Shown here piece after piece: positions 10,312-22,753 of a stretch of 64,000 nt of DNA. The notes beneath the pieces were generated by a model. That model was not told the origin of the DNA. It saw only the letters and a program-made list of their open reading frames with translations, and did no database searches. Origin of the DNA: an uncultured Candidatus Rokubacteria bacterium. GTDB taxonomy: Bacteria > Methylomirabilota > Methylomirabilia > Rokubacteriales > CSP1-6. Within the stretch, counting starts at the first letter, position 1; every line of letters begins with the position of its first letter. Location of the stretch: positions 412,604-476,603 of the forward strand of contig CAWJDX010000011.1 of the NCBI GenBank assembly GCA_963841755.1, in the 5' to 3' direction. The position numbers were made by a program, and so were the translations under genes.

Positions 10312-13300
10312 TCAGGCTTCGGTCAGTTTGACTGAGACGAGGCGCGAGAGCCCGGGCTCCTCCATGGTCACGCCGTACAGCACGTCGGCGGCTTCCATGG
10401 TCTTGCGGTTGTGGGTGATCACCACGAACTGGGTCTGGGTGCACAGCTCCCGCAGCACCCGGAGGAAGCGGTGGATGTTGGCGTCGTCGAGGGGCGCGTC
10501 GACCTCGTCCAGCACGCAGAACGGGCTCGGCCGGTGGTAGAAGATCGCGAAGAGCAGGGCGAGGCCGGTGAGCGCCTTCTCGCCGCCCGACATGAGGGTG
10601 ACCGCCTGCAGGCGCTTGCCGCGCGGCTGGGCCATCAGCTCCACCCCCAGCTCGAGGGGATCTTCCTCGCCCTCCTCCGGCGGCACCATCCGCAGCTCGG
10701 CCCTCCCACCCTCGAACAGGCGGGAGAAGATCTCGCCGAAGTGCCGGTTGATGTCGTCGAAGGCCTCCTGGAACCGCTCCTGGGCGGTGCGGGTCATGCC
10801 GCGGAGGGCCTTCTCCAGATCCTTGATGGAGCCGACCACGTCGTCGTGCTGGGTGCGGAGGAAGTCGAGGCGCTCGGTGAGCTCGCGGAACTCCTCGTCG
10901 GCGACCAGGTTCACCGGACCCATCGCCTCGAGCTTGGTGGAGAGCTCCTCGTGCCGCTGGCGCACTTCCTCCAGGTCCCGGGCCACGTCGTGGGCGGCCA
11001 GCAGGGCCTCCGCGGTCTCGACCGCGTGCCGGCGCCGCGCCTCCTGCAGCAGCTCCTCGCGGCGCACCCGCCCTTCCGTCTCCATGAGGTCGAGCTGGTG
11101 GAGGCGGCTCACGAGCGCGTTCAGCTGCTGCTGCACCTCGCGCAGCTCTCCGTCCACCGCCTGCCGCTCCGCGAGCTGCCGCTGGTGGTCTTCCGCGATG
11201 ACCGCGACCTCGGCCTCGAGCCGGTCGCGCTCGGTCACCGCGTCGCGCGCCTGGGCGTCGGTCCGCTCGCGCTCGGTGGCGAGGTCGGCCCGGCGCTCCG
11301 CGGTCTGCGCGCGGCGGGTCACCGACTGCTCCTGCTGCAGGCCGAAGTCGCGCTCGAGGCTCACGATCCGCTCGATGTCGCGACCGAGCGAGTCGACCCG
11401 CTCGGCCACCGTGGCCAGCTCGACGCGACAGCCGGTGAGGCGGTCGGTCAGCCCGGCCTCGTCCCCCTGCCCGCTCTCGAGCAGGGCCTGGAGCGCGCTC
11501 ATGTCGCCGCCCAGGCCCGCCTCCTGCTCGGCGGCCGCCACCAGCGCGCGCTCCAGATCGAGCAGCTGCGAGGCGGTCTCGTCGCGCTCGCCCGCGAGCT
11601 GGTCGTTCTCGGCCGCGAGGGTCTCCAGGTGCCGCGCGATCCGGTCCGACTCGCGCTGCACCGACTCGAGATCCTTCTCGCCGGACAGCCGCGCGGTCTC
11701 CTGCGCCTGGTAGTTGGACTGGATCCCTTCGAGGCGCGCGCGCAGCCCGGCCACCTCGCCTTCCACCGTCTCGAGGTGCGCCGCCGCGGTGTCGACGTCG
11801 CGCCGGAGGCCCCGCAGCTCCTCGACGAGCTGGCGGATGGCGCGCTTGCGCCCGAGGAGCGACTGATCGTTGCTCTGCCGCTCGCTGCCGCGGTGCCCGC
11901 CGGTGAGCCGGCCGCTCGGCGAGAGCACCTCGCCCGAGCGCGTGACGTAGGTCGCGATCACGCCGTTGCGGCGCCACAGGGTCTCCGCCTGGTCGAGGTG
12001 CGCGACGACCCCCACGCGCCCGAGCAGGTAGTGGAGCAGGGCCGGCCGCGGGCCGCCCACCAGCCGGGTCGCCCAGCTCACCTCGCCCGAGTCCTCCGGC
12101 ACCGCGGCGGGCGAGGGCAGCGTCTCGAGCGGCAGGAGCGTCGCCGCGCCCACCCCCTCCCGCTCGAGATAGCCGAGCGCGGCGCGGGCGTGCTCGAAGC
12201 GCTCCACCACCACCCACTGCAGGCGGTCGCCGAGGACGGCTTCGACCGCCGCCTCGAGCCCGTTCGGCACCTCCAGGAGATCGGCGACGGTCCCCACGAC
12301 CCCGCCCAGGTCTCCCGAGGCGGTGCGCGCGAACATGGCGCGCACGCCGGCGCCGTAGCCTTCGCGCTCCCGCTCGAGGCGCTCGAGCGCCTCCAGGGCC
12401 GACTGGCGCCCGGCGAGCTTCACCCGCAGGCCCGCGAGCGACTCCTGGGCCTCGGCCCGCACGGTCTCCCGATCCCGCCGCGCGCTCTCGATCTCGTGCA
12501 GCTCGGTGCTGAGCAGCGAGAGCTGGGCGCCGGTCCGCTGCCGCGCGGCTTCCAGGCGCAGGCGCGTGGCGGCGAGCGTGTCGGCCTCGCCGCGGGCGGT
12601 GGCCAGCTCGGCCGCGAGCCGGTCGGCGCGGCGGTCGACCTGGGTGCGCCGCTCGCGCAGTTCCCCGCTCGAGCGCGTCAGATCGGCGCGGGCGCCCGCC
12701 ACCCGGATCTGCTCGAGCCGGAGGGCCTCGAAGCGCTCCCGCCGCTCGCTGAGCGTGGATCGGCAGGCCTCGATCTGCGCCTCGACCGTCCGGACCTCCT
12801 CGTCCTGCCGGCCGTGCCGCTGTCGGGCCTCGTCGAGCGCCCGGCTCTTGTCGTCACGCTCGGCGGAGAGGGCGACCCGCCGCTCCGCGAGCCCGCGGAT
12901 CTCCTCCTCGAGCCGGGTCTCCTCCGCGAGCAGGTCCTGGATCTGCAGCCCCATCTGCTCGCGGCGCTCGAGCAGGCGCTCGGCCTCGCCCTGGATCTTC
13001 TGCACCGACTGGCGCAGGTCGCCCAGCCGGTACTCGGTGTCCTGGATCGCCGCCGCCTGCAGGGCCTGCCGCCCGGTCAGGGTCGCCACCCGCGCCCGCT
13101 GCTGCTCCTCCGTCTCGCGGAGCGACTCCATCTCGCGCGTGACCGTGTCGTGCTGGGTGGCGAGCGCCGCGTAGTCGGCGGCGACGAGGGCCAGGTCGAG
13201 CCCCTGCCGCTCGGACTGGAGCGCCTTGTACTGCTGGGCCTTCCGGGCCTGGCGCTCGATCGAGGAGAGCTGCCGCCGCACCTCCTCCATCACGTCGCGC

Positions 13301-13878
13301 AGCCGCTGCATGTTGAGCCGGGTCGCGTCGAGCTTGCCCTGGGTCTCGGAGCGCTGCTGCTTGTAGCGGGCGATGCCCGCCGCCTCCTCGATGAACATCC
13401 GGCGCTCCCACGGCTTGGCGGTCAGCACGTGGTTGAGGCGCTCCTGGTCCATGAGCGCGTAGGCCTTGGGATTGACCCCGGTGCCCGCGAAGAGATCCTG
13501 CACGTCCCGCAGGCGGCACACGTTGGTGTTGAGCAGGTACTCGCTCTCCCCGGTGCGGTACAGGCGCCGGGCCACCGCCACCTCGCTCCACGGCACGTTG
13601 AGGCCGCCGTCGTTGTTGAAGACGAGGCTGACCTCGGCCATGCCCACCATCTTGCGGGAGGCCGAGCCGTGGAAGATGACGTCTTCCATCTTGTTGCCAC
13701 GGAGGGTCTTCGGGCTCTGCTCGCCCAGGGCCCAGCGCATCGCGTCGGCCACGTTGGACTTGCCGCAGCCGTTCGGGCCGACGATGCAGGTGACCCCGGG
13801 GAAGACCTTCACGTCGGTCTTCTCGGCGAACGACTTGAAGCCGTGGATCAGGATCGATTCGAGTCGCATGACTGGCAC
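10312..13878 (-). CDS. smc: Chromosome segregation protein SMC.
   Basis: Intact 1188-aa ORF with the N-terminal Walker A (FPGVTCIVGPNGCGKSN), long coiled coils, a hinge, and the C-terminal signature and Walker B (LSGGEKALTGLALLFAI...VLDEVDAPLD). Confidence 0.9.
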   Translation of the reverse strand: MPVMRLESILIHGFKSFAEKTDVKVFPGVTCIVGPNGCGKSNVADAMRWALGEQSPKTLRGNKMEDVIFHGSASRKMVGMAEVSLVFNNDGGLNVPWSEVAVARRLYRTGESEYLLNTNVCRLRDVQDLFAGTGVNPKAYALMDQERLNHVLTAKPWERRMFIEEAAGIARYKQQRSETQGKLDATRLNMQRLRDVMEEVRRQLSSIERQARKAQQYKALQSERQGLDLALVAADYAALATQHDTVTREMESLRETEEQQRARVATLTGRQALQAAAIQDTEYRLGDLRQSVQKIQGEAERLLERREQMGLQIQDLLAEETRLEEEIRGLAERRVALSAERDDKSRALDEARQRHGRQDEEVRTVEAQIEACRSTLSERRERFEALRLEQIRVAGARADLTRSSGELRERRTQVDRRADRLAAELATARGEADTLAATRLRLEAARQRTGAQLSLLSTELHEIESARRDRETVRAEAQESLAGLRVKLAGRQSALEALERLEREREGYGAGVRAMFARTASGDLGGVVGTVADLLEVPNGLEAAVEAVLGDRLQWVVVERFEHARAALGYLEREGVGAATLLPLETLPSPAAVPEDSGEVSWATRLVGGPRPALLHYLLGRVGVVAHLDQAETLWRRNGVIATYVTRSGEVLSPSGRLTGGHRGSERQSNDQSLLGRKRAIRQLVEELRGLRRDVDTAAAHLETVEGEVAGLRARLEGIQSNYQAQETARLSGEKDLESVQRESDRIARHLETLAAENDQLAGERDETASQLLDLERALVAAAEQEAGLGGDMSALQALLESGQGDEAGLTDRLTGCRVELATVAERVDSLGRDIERIVSLERDFGLQQEQSVTRRAQTAERRADLATERERTDAQARDAVTERDRLEAEVAVIAEDHQRQLAERQAVDGELREVQQQLNALVSRLHQLDLMETEGRVRREELLQEARRRHAVETAEALLAAHDVARDLEEVRQRHEELSTKLEAMGPVNLVADEEFRELTERLDFLRTQHDDVVGSIKDLEKALRGMTRTAQERFQEAFDDINRHFGEIFSRLFEGGRAELRMVPPEEGEEDPLELGVELMAQPRGKRLQAVTLMSGGEKALTGLALLFAIFYHRPSPFCVLDEVDAPLDDANIHRFLRVLRELCTQTQFVVITHNRKTMEAADVLYGVTMEEPGLSRLVSVKLTEA

Positions 13879-13928
13879 GCCCGCAGGGCGTGTTTCATTG
13901 ATAACACACGGTCGGCGGATCGACCAAG

Positions 13929-13966
13929 AAAAAACCCCACGAGTGGGGGCCGCGGGGCCGCGGCGG
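13929..13966 (-). terminator. Intrinsic terminator downstream of secA.
   Basis: The minus-strand RNA has a GCCGCGG..CCGCGGC hairpin, then CCCCACUCGUGGGG, then UUUUUU, directly after the secA TAG at 13969-13971. Confidence 0.6.
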
Positions 13967-13968
13967 CA

Positions 13969-16854
<2,886 letters not shown>

Positions 16855-16902
16855 CAGGGCCTCATCTTACACCACCCGCGAGGCACGGCCGCGCGGCCTG
16901 GG

Positions 16903-18618
16903 TCAGCGCGCGTCCCGCAGGAGCTCGCGGGCGTGCCGGCGGGACGCCTCGGTGACCCGCTCGCCCCCCAGCATGCGGGCCAGCTCGTCCACCCGGGCCG
17001 CCGCGGGCAGCAGGGTCACGCTGGTCCGCGTCGCGCCGCGGGCCACGCGCTTCTCCACCAGCAGGTGCTGGCCCGCGTAGGCCGCGATGGGGGCCAGGTG
17101 GGTCACGCAGAGCACCTGGCGGCCCGCCGCGCTGGCCGCGAGCTTCTGGCCCACCACGTCCGCCACGCGGCCGCCGATCCCCGCGTCCACCTCGTCGAAG
17201 ACCAGCACCGGCACGTCGTCGGCCGCGGCGAGGACCGTCTTCGCGGCCAGCATCACGCGGGACAGCTCGCCGCCCGAGACGACCTTGGCGAGGGGGCGCA
17301 GGTCCTCGCCGGGGTTGGCGGAGAGCAGCAGCTCGGCGCTCTCGGCACCGCGCGGGCCCACCCGCCAGCCGTCGGGCCCCGCGGCGAGCTCGCCCACCGC
17401 GGCCGGCTCGCGGCGGAGGGCCACGCGGAAGCGGCCGTGCTCCATCCCGAGCCCGCGGATCTCCTTCTGGATGAGCCGCTCGAGGCGCTCGGCCCCGCGG
17501 GTGCGGGCCTGGGAGAGCGCGGCGGCCTCCGCCCCCGCCGCGGCCGCCGCCTCGGCCACCGCGCGCTCCATCTCCTCCGCGATCGCGTCGTGGCGCGTGA
17601 TGCGGTCGAGCGCGGTCGCGACTTCCTGGCGGTGGGCGAGGATCGCCGCCACCGAGTCCCCGTACTTGCGCTTGAGCTTGACGATGGTGTCGAGCCGCGC
17701 GTCGATCTGCTCGAGCCGCTCGGGGTCGAAGACCGCGCGGTCCCGCAGGGCGCGCGCCCGGCCCACCACGTCCTCGAGATAGGCCTGCGCGCCCTCGATG
17801 GCCTCGATGGAGGCGGCCGCGTCCGGCTCGTAGCGCGAGAGGTCGCGCAGGAGCGCGGCCGCGCGGCTGAGCCGCGTGGTGGCGGATTGCGGCTCCTCGT
17901 AGAGCAGGCCGACCGTCTCCTGCAGCCCGGCCACGATCCGCTCCGCGTGCTGCAGGCGCGACCGCTCGGCCCGCAGCTCGTCCTCCTCGCCGTCCTTCAG
18001 GCGGACGTCGTCGATCTCGGCGAGCTGGAACCGGTAGAGATCCTCCTGCCGGGCCCCTTCCCGCATCTCGCTCCGCAGGCGATCGAGGGCGGCGCGCGCC
18101 TCTTCCCACGTGCGCACCAGCGCCCCCACGCGCTCCCGGCGGTCGAGGGCTTCCGCGAAGCGGTCCAGCAGCAGGAGCTGGCGGGCCGGCTCCATCAGGC
18201 GCTGGTGCTCGTGCTGGCCGTGCAGCTCCACGAGCAGCTCGCCCAGGCGCTCGAGCAGGCCGACGGTGGCGGCCCCGTCGTTGACGAAGGCGCGATGACG
18301 CCCGGAGCGGGCCAGCTCCCGCTTGATGACGAGCTGGCCGTCGCCCGGATGGTGACCGGCCTCGTCGAGCAGGGCGGCCACCGGCCCCGCCGGGTCGATC
18401 TCGAAGACCGCCTCGACCAGCGCGGTGTCGGCGCCGGTGCGGATCCAGTCGAGCTGGGCGCGCGCGCCGGTGATGAGGAGCAGCGCGTCCACCACGATGG
18501 ACTTGCCGGCGCCGGTCTCGCCGGTGAGCACGTTGAGGCCGGGGGCGAAGGGCACCACCGCCTCCTCGACCACGGCCAGGTTGCGGATGGACAGCTCGCG
18601 CAGCATCGTCACCGCCAT
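16903..18618 (-). CDS. recN: DNA repair protein RecN.
   Basis: Intact 571-aa ORF: Walker A (LNVLTGETGAGKSIVVDAL), coiled coil, and signature/Walker B (GGELSRVMLAAK...LVFDEVDAGIGG). Confidence 0.85.
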   Translation of the reverse strand: MAVTMLRELSIRNLAVVEEAVVPFAPGLNVLTGETGAGKSIVVDALLLITGARAQLDWIRTGADTALVEAVFEIDPAGPVAALLDEAGHHPGDGQLVIKRELARSGRHRAFVNDGAATVGLLERLGELLVELHGQHEHQRLMEPARQLLLLDRFAEALDRRERVGALVRTWEEARAALDRLRSEMREGARQEDLYRFQLAEIDDVRLKDGEEDELRAERSRLQHAERIVAGLQETVGLLYEEPQSATTRLSRAAALLRDLSRYEPDAAASIEAIEGAQAYLEDVVGRARALRDRAVFDPERLEQIDARLDTIVKLKRKYGDSVAAILAHRQEVATALDRITRHDAIAEEMERAVAEAAAAAGAEAAALSQARTRGAERLERLIQKEIRGLGMEHGRFRVALRREPAAVGELAAGPDGWRVGPRGAESAELLLSANPGEDLRPLAKVVSGGELSRVMLAAKTVLAAADDVPVLVFDEVDAGIGGRVADVVGQKLAASAAGRQVLCVTHLAPIAAYAGQHLLVEKRVARGATRTSVTLLPAAARVDELARMLGGERVTEASRRHARELLRDAR

Positions 18619-18654
18619 GCTACGGCCCCGTCCCGGCGGCGCTCAACTGTATCC

Positions 18655-19512
18655 TTATCGCTCCCCCCACTTGAGCTTGGTCCGGAGGACCGAGAAGAAG
18701 TGCTTCTGCGGCACCCGGAGGAGCCGCGTGCGCGCGGTGGCGCGCCGCACCTCGACGGTGTCGTTGGCCTTGAGCGCGAAGCCCACCTGGCCGTCCAGGG
18801 TGAGCATCACGTCCTGGTCGGTCAGCAGGGTGATCGAGATGCGCTGGGTCGCGGGCAGCACGATCGGGCGATTGGTGAGGGTGTGCGAGCAGATCGGGGT
18901 GAGCACGACCGCGTCCATGGTCGGGAACACGATGGGCCCGCCCGCCGAGAGGCAGTAGGCGGTCGAGCCGGTGGGCGTCGAGAGGATGAGCCCGTCCGCG
19001 CGGTAGCCGGTGGCGAAGTCGCCGTCCACCGCCACCTCCAGCCGGATGATGCGGCTCATCGCCGACTTGGTGATGACCACGTCGTTGAGCGCCGCGTACT
19101 CCCCGAGCCGCTCGCCCTGGCGGAAGACGCGGGCGTCCAGCAGCATGCGGTCCTCGATGACGAGCTCGTCGCGCAGGTAGGCCTCGAGCGCCGGGAACAG
19201 CTCCTCGACGGTGAGGGCGGTGAGGAAGCCGAGCCCGCCCAGGTTGACCCCGAGGATCGGCACCGCCAGGTCGCCCACCAGGCGCGCCATGCTGAGGAGC
19301 GTGCCGTCGCCGCCGAGCACGAGCAGGAGATCGGACTGGCCCGGCAGCTCCGACCGGCCGACCACCGGCCCGGTGGCCTGCGGACAGAGGCCCGCGGTCT
19401 CCTTCTCGAGGATCGGCTGGATTCCGCGCGCGGCACACCAGTCGAGCAGCTGGGGCACGACGGTGCGCGCCTCCTCCCGGTCGGTCTTGGCGACGATGCC
19501 CAGCCGCTTCAC
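18655..19512 (-). CDS. nadK: NAD(+) kinase.
   Basis: ORF 18655..19512 with GGDGT, NxGxLGFL and DGxxxxTPTGSTAYxxSAGGP. The GTG start overlaps the tlyA stop (GTGA). Confidence 0.85.
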   Translation of the reverse strand: MKRLGIVAKTDREEARTVVPQLLDWCAARGIQPILEKETAGLCPQATGPVVGRSELPGQSDLLLVLGGDGTLLSMARLVGDLAVPILGVNLGGLGFLTALTVEELFPALEAYLRDELVIEDRMLLDARVFRQGERLGEYAALNDVVITKSAMSRIIRLEVAVDGDFATGYRADGLILSTPTGSTAYCLSAGGPIVFPTMDAVVLTPICSHTLTNRPIVLPATQRISITLLTDQDVMLTLDGQVGFALKANDTVEVRRATARTRLLRVPQKHFFSVLRTKLKWGER

Positions 19513-20531
19513 GCGGGAGGCTCCTCCTCCGCGGTCACCTGGGTGATCAGGGCGTCCAGGTCGGTCAGCGTGCGTCCGGTCTTGGTCAGCAGCAGGAAGA
19601 ACTCGCGATTGCCCTTCGGGCCCTTCAGCGGCGAGGCGGTGACCCCGCGCACGTGCCAGCCGTGCAGCACCGCGAAGCGGGCGACCCGGGCCATCACCAT
19701 CCGATGGTGCGAGCCGTCGCGCACCACGCCGCCCTTGCCGACCTGGCCCTTGCCCACCTCGAACTGGGGCTTGACCAGCACCACCGCCTCGCCCTGGGAG
19801 GTGAGCACGCCGAAGACCGAGGGCAGCACCTTCTCGAGCGAGATGAACGAGATGTCGACGGTGGCCAGGTCCGGCGACTCCGGGAAGGAGTCCACCGGCA
19901 GGTTCCGCGCGTTGGTCTTCTCCATCACCACCACCCGCCCGTCGGCCCGCAGCTTGGCGTCGAGCTGCCCGTGCCCCACGTCCACCGCGTAGACCTTCAC
20001 CGCTCCCTGCTCCAGCAGGCAGTGGGTGAACCCGCCGGTGGAGGCTCCCACGTCGATCGCGACCCGCCCGCGTGGCTCGATGGCGAAGGTGGCGAGGGCG
20101 TGAGCCAGCTTGTCGCCGCCGCGGCTCACGAAGCGCGGCCGCGCGACCAGCTCGATCTTGGCCCCCGGCGTGACCAGGGCTCCCGCCTTGTCCACGCGCT
20201 GGCCGTCCACCAGCACGTCGCCGGCCATGATGGCGCGCGCGGCCTTCTCGCGCGACTCGAGCAGCCCGCGCTCCACCAGGGCCACGTCCAGCCTGACCTT
20301 GGTCTTCGCGCGATTCTCGCCGGCCCCGCGCTCGGTCACGGCAGCCGCCTTGCCGCGGGCACTCGCGGCGCTCTTCCGCTGAGGCACGGCAGGCTTCGAC
20401 AGGCCACGCTTCTTGGGGAACCTCTTCACGCCGGCTCCTTTCTCCCGCCCGCGACCCGATCGCGCGCCCGCGCGACCGACACCTGGGCTCGTTCGCCGTT
20501 CAGGTCCACTGCCTCGTCCGCTGCCGAGCAC
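19509..20531 (-). CDS. tlyA: TlyA-family rRNA 2'-O-methyltransferase (S4 domain plus FtsJ-like methyltransferase) with a lysine/arginine-rich N-terminal extension. The true start is uncertain.
   Basis: The body matches TlyA (VRLDVALVERGLLESREKAARAIMAGDVLVDGQRV...AIDVGASTGGFT...VYAVDVG). The roughly 80-aa basic leader may or may not be translated. Confidence 0.75.
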   Translation of the reverse strand: MLGSGRGSGPERRTSPGVGRAGARSGRGREKGAGVKRFPKKRGLSKPAVPQRKSAASARGKAAAVTERGAGENRAKTKVRLDVALVERGLLESREKAARAIMAGDVLVDGQRVDKAGALVTPGAKIELVARPRFVSRGGDKLAHALATFAIEPRGRVAIDVGASTGGFTHCLLEQGAVKVYAVDVGHGQLDAKLRADGRVVVMEKTNARNLPVDSFPESPDLATVDISFISLEKVLPSVFGVLTSQGEAVVLVKPQFEVGKGQVGKGGVVRDGSHHRMVMARVARFAVLHGWHVRGVTASPLKGPKGNREFFLLLTKTGRTLTDLDALITQVTAEEEPPA

Positions 20532-20711
20532 GCCGGGTGGTCATCTCGAAGGGGGACATCGTGGGGAGCGGTGCGGTCGGCCGAGCCGAGCGCCACGGAG
20601 AGACAGGCGGTCCGGGGCCGGAGGCGTGTCCCGAATCCCAAAGCCCTGACGACGGCGTTCATGCGGGCTCCTCAGCCCCCGGGGACCGTGCCGGAAATTT
20701 CAACGGTCACA

Positions 20712-20745
20712 ATTATATAGCCGAACCCCCTCCCCCGCCCAATTC
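20712..20745 (-). promoter_or_regulatory. Candidate sigma-70 promoter for the tlyA-nadK-recN transcription unit.
   Basis: The minus strand reads TTGGGC, a 17-nt spacer, then TATATAAT. It is an AT-rich island in a GC-rich intergenic region immediately after the rhomboid stop. Confidence 0.3.
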
Positions 20746-21439
20746 AGCCGGCGCGGCTCCGGGCCCGGGGTTTCAGCACATAGAGGAGCCCCATCCCGGC
20801 CAGGAAGCCTCCGATGTGGGCGAAAAAGGCCACGCCCCCGCTCGATCCGAAGCTCCCGAGGCCGTTCAGCACCTGCAGGACGATCCAGAACCCCAGCACG
20901 ACCATGGCCGGGATGTGCACGAGCCGGAAGAAGAAGCCCAGGATGATCAGCGTGGTCACGTGGGCGTGGGGGAACAGCAGCAGGTACGCGCCGAGGACGC
21001 CCGAGACCGCCCCGCTCGCCCCCACCATCGGCACCATCGAGCTCGGCCCGATCGCGGTCTGGGCCAGCGCGGCCGCGACGCCGGAGAGCAGATAGAAGAG
21101 GAGGTATCGCCCGTGGCCGAGCGTGTCCTCGACGTTGTTGCCGAAGATCCACAGGTAGAGCATGTTCCCGCCGATGTGGAACAGCCCCCCGTGCATGAAC
21201 ATCGACGTGAAGATGGTGAGGATCGGCGACGGCAGCTCGGGGCCGACCCGACACGCCCCGGTCAGGCGACACGGCACGAGGCCGAACTCCTCGATGAAGG
21301 CCTGCCCCGCCCGCGCCCCGTCGGCGCCGCCCGCCTCGAGCGAGATCTGGTAGACGAAGAACAGGGCGTTCAGGACGATGAGCGCGACCGTGACGACGGG
21401 GGCGCTCTCGCTCGGATTGTCGTCCTTGAGAGGGAACAC
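20744..21439 (-). CDS. Rhomboid-family intramembrane serine protease.
   Basis: Intact 231-aa ORF with multiple transmembrane helices and the GASGAVSG catalytic-serine and AHIGGFLAG histidine motifs. Confidence 0.8.
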   Translation of the reverse strand: MFPLKDDNPSESAPVVTVALIVLNALFFVYQISLEAGGADGARAGQAFIEEFGLVPCRLTGACRVGPELPSPILTIFTSMFMHGGLFHIGGNMLYLWIFGNNVEDTLGHGRYLLFYLLSGVAAALAQTAIGPSSMVPMVGASGAVSGVLGAYLLLFPHAHVTTLIILGFFFRLVHIPAMVVLGFWIVLQVLNGLGSFGSSGGVAFFAHIGGFLAGMGLLYVLKPRARSRAG

Positions 21440-21445
21440 GCCGGC

Positions 21446-22753
21446 CTACTGGGCGGCCGGCCCGAGGGTCACGATCGTCGGCGCGGCGAGATAGGTCCGC
21501 GCCACGCGGAGCACGTCCTCCGCGCTGACCGCCTCCACCGCCCGGGTGTAGCGGTCGGCGAAGTCGAGCCCGACGCCGAGCGCCTCGAAGAAGGCGTCGT
21601 ACCAGGCCAGGCGCGCGTTGGTTCGCCGGTCGAGCGCGAACTGCCCGAGCAGGTACGCCTTGGCGCGGGTCAGCTCGGCGGGATTCACCGGATCGCGCCG
21701 GATCCGCTCCAGCTCGCCCAGCATGGCCGCCTCGGCGCGGACCTGGTTCGCCGGGGCGGTGCCGAGCTGCATATAGATGACGCCCGGTCCCAGCCGGGAG
21801 GGATAGGCGCCGCCGGTCGAGTAGGCCAGGCCCTGCTTGTCGCGCACCTCGGTGAAGAGGCGCCCGGCCATGCCGCCGCCCAGGGCGGTGGCCAGCACCT
21901 TCACCGCCGCGTAGTCGGGGTGCGACGTGGGCGGGGCGAGAAACGCGACCAGTACCTGCGCCTGCGCGGATGGCCTCACGAGCACGGTGCGGTCGGCGCG
22001 CGCCGCCGCGACGGGCAGCGCGGGCTCGCGCTCGCGCTCTCCCGCGGGTGCCGTCGCGAACCGGCGCGTGACCTCGGCGATCACCTCCCGCGCGTTGACG
22101 TCGCCGCTCACCGCCAGGATCATCCGCGGGGCCCGGTAGAAGCGCTGGTGGTACGCGAGCAGGGCGGCGCGATCGACGCGCTCGAGCGCGGCCGGTCGCC
22201 CGAGGATCGGGCGCCCGTAGGGATGGTCGCCGTACACGCGGCTCATGACGGTGTCCATCGCGAGCGGGAACGGCTGGTCCTGCCGGCTGCGCAGCGCGGT
22301 CAGCATCGCCCGCCGCTCGCCGTCGATCTCGGCGTCCGGCAGCGTCGGCCGGAGCGCGACGTCGGCCATCAGCTCGATCATCTTCTTCCAGTTCCGGGCG
22401 AGCGCGGTGGCGCGCAGCTCGGAGAAGTCCATGTCGGCCGATGCGCTGATTCCTCCGCCCAGGCCCTCCGCGGTCTCGGCGATCTCGAGGGCCGAGCGGG
22501 TCAGGGTTCCCTTGAGCAGCACCTGCTGCAGCAGGTGGGTGATGCCCGCGTCGTCCTCCGTCTCCCACCGCGAGCCGACGCGCACGAACAGCGAGGCGGC
22601 GACGATCGGGGTGGCGGTGTTCTCGCGCACCAGCACGGTGAGGCCGCTCGGCAGCTGCTCGCGCCGGGGCGCCTGGGCCGCCGCCACGCCGACCAGAGCC
22701 CACGCGGCCGTCGCGGCGAGCACCGCCGTCGAGACCACCCGCGACGCCCTCAC
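21446..22753 (-). CDS. M16-family (pitrilysin/insulinase-like) peptidase subunit with a degenerate zinc motif. It is probably the non-catalytic partner.
   Basis: ORF 21446..22888 trimmed to the GTG at 22751-22753, which overlaps the upstream stop (GTGA). It has a signal peptide (VVSTAVLAATAAWALVGVAAAQA). HLLQQ replaces HxxEH. Confidence 0.75.
   Translation of the reverse strand: MRASRVVSTAVLAATAAWALVGVAAAQAPRREQLPSGLTVLVRENTATPIVAASLFVRVGSRWETEDDAGITHLLQQVLLKGTLTRSALEIAETAEGLGGGISASADMDFSELRATALARNWKKMIELMADVALRPTLPDAEIDGERRAMLTALRSRQDQPFPLAMDTVMSRVYGDHPYGRPILGRPAALERVDRAALLAYHQRFYRAPRMILAVSGDVNAREVIAEVTRRFATAPAGEREREPALPVAAARADRTVLVRPSAQAQVLVAFLAPPTSHPDYAAVKVLATALGGGMAGRLFTEVRDKQGLAYSTGGAYPSRLGPGVIYMQLGTAPANQVRAEAAMLGELERIRRDPVNPAELTRAKAYLLGQFALDRRTNARLAWYDAFFEALGVGLDFADRYTRAVEAVSAEDVLRVARTYLAAPTIVTLGPAAQ

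Noticed and set aside
9374-12217. A 947-aa ORF upstream of rodZ.
   Set aside because: Only the C-terminal 297 aa (rodZ) are coherent. The rest overlaps smc in another frame on the same strand and is Arg/Gly/Pro junk.
20426-20662. A 78-aa minus-strand ORF between rhomboid and tlyA.
   Set aside because: It overlaps the basic N-terminal extension region of tlyA and has no motifs. It is more likely untranslated leader or part of the tlyA 5' region.
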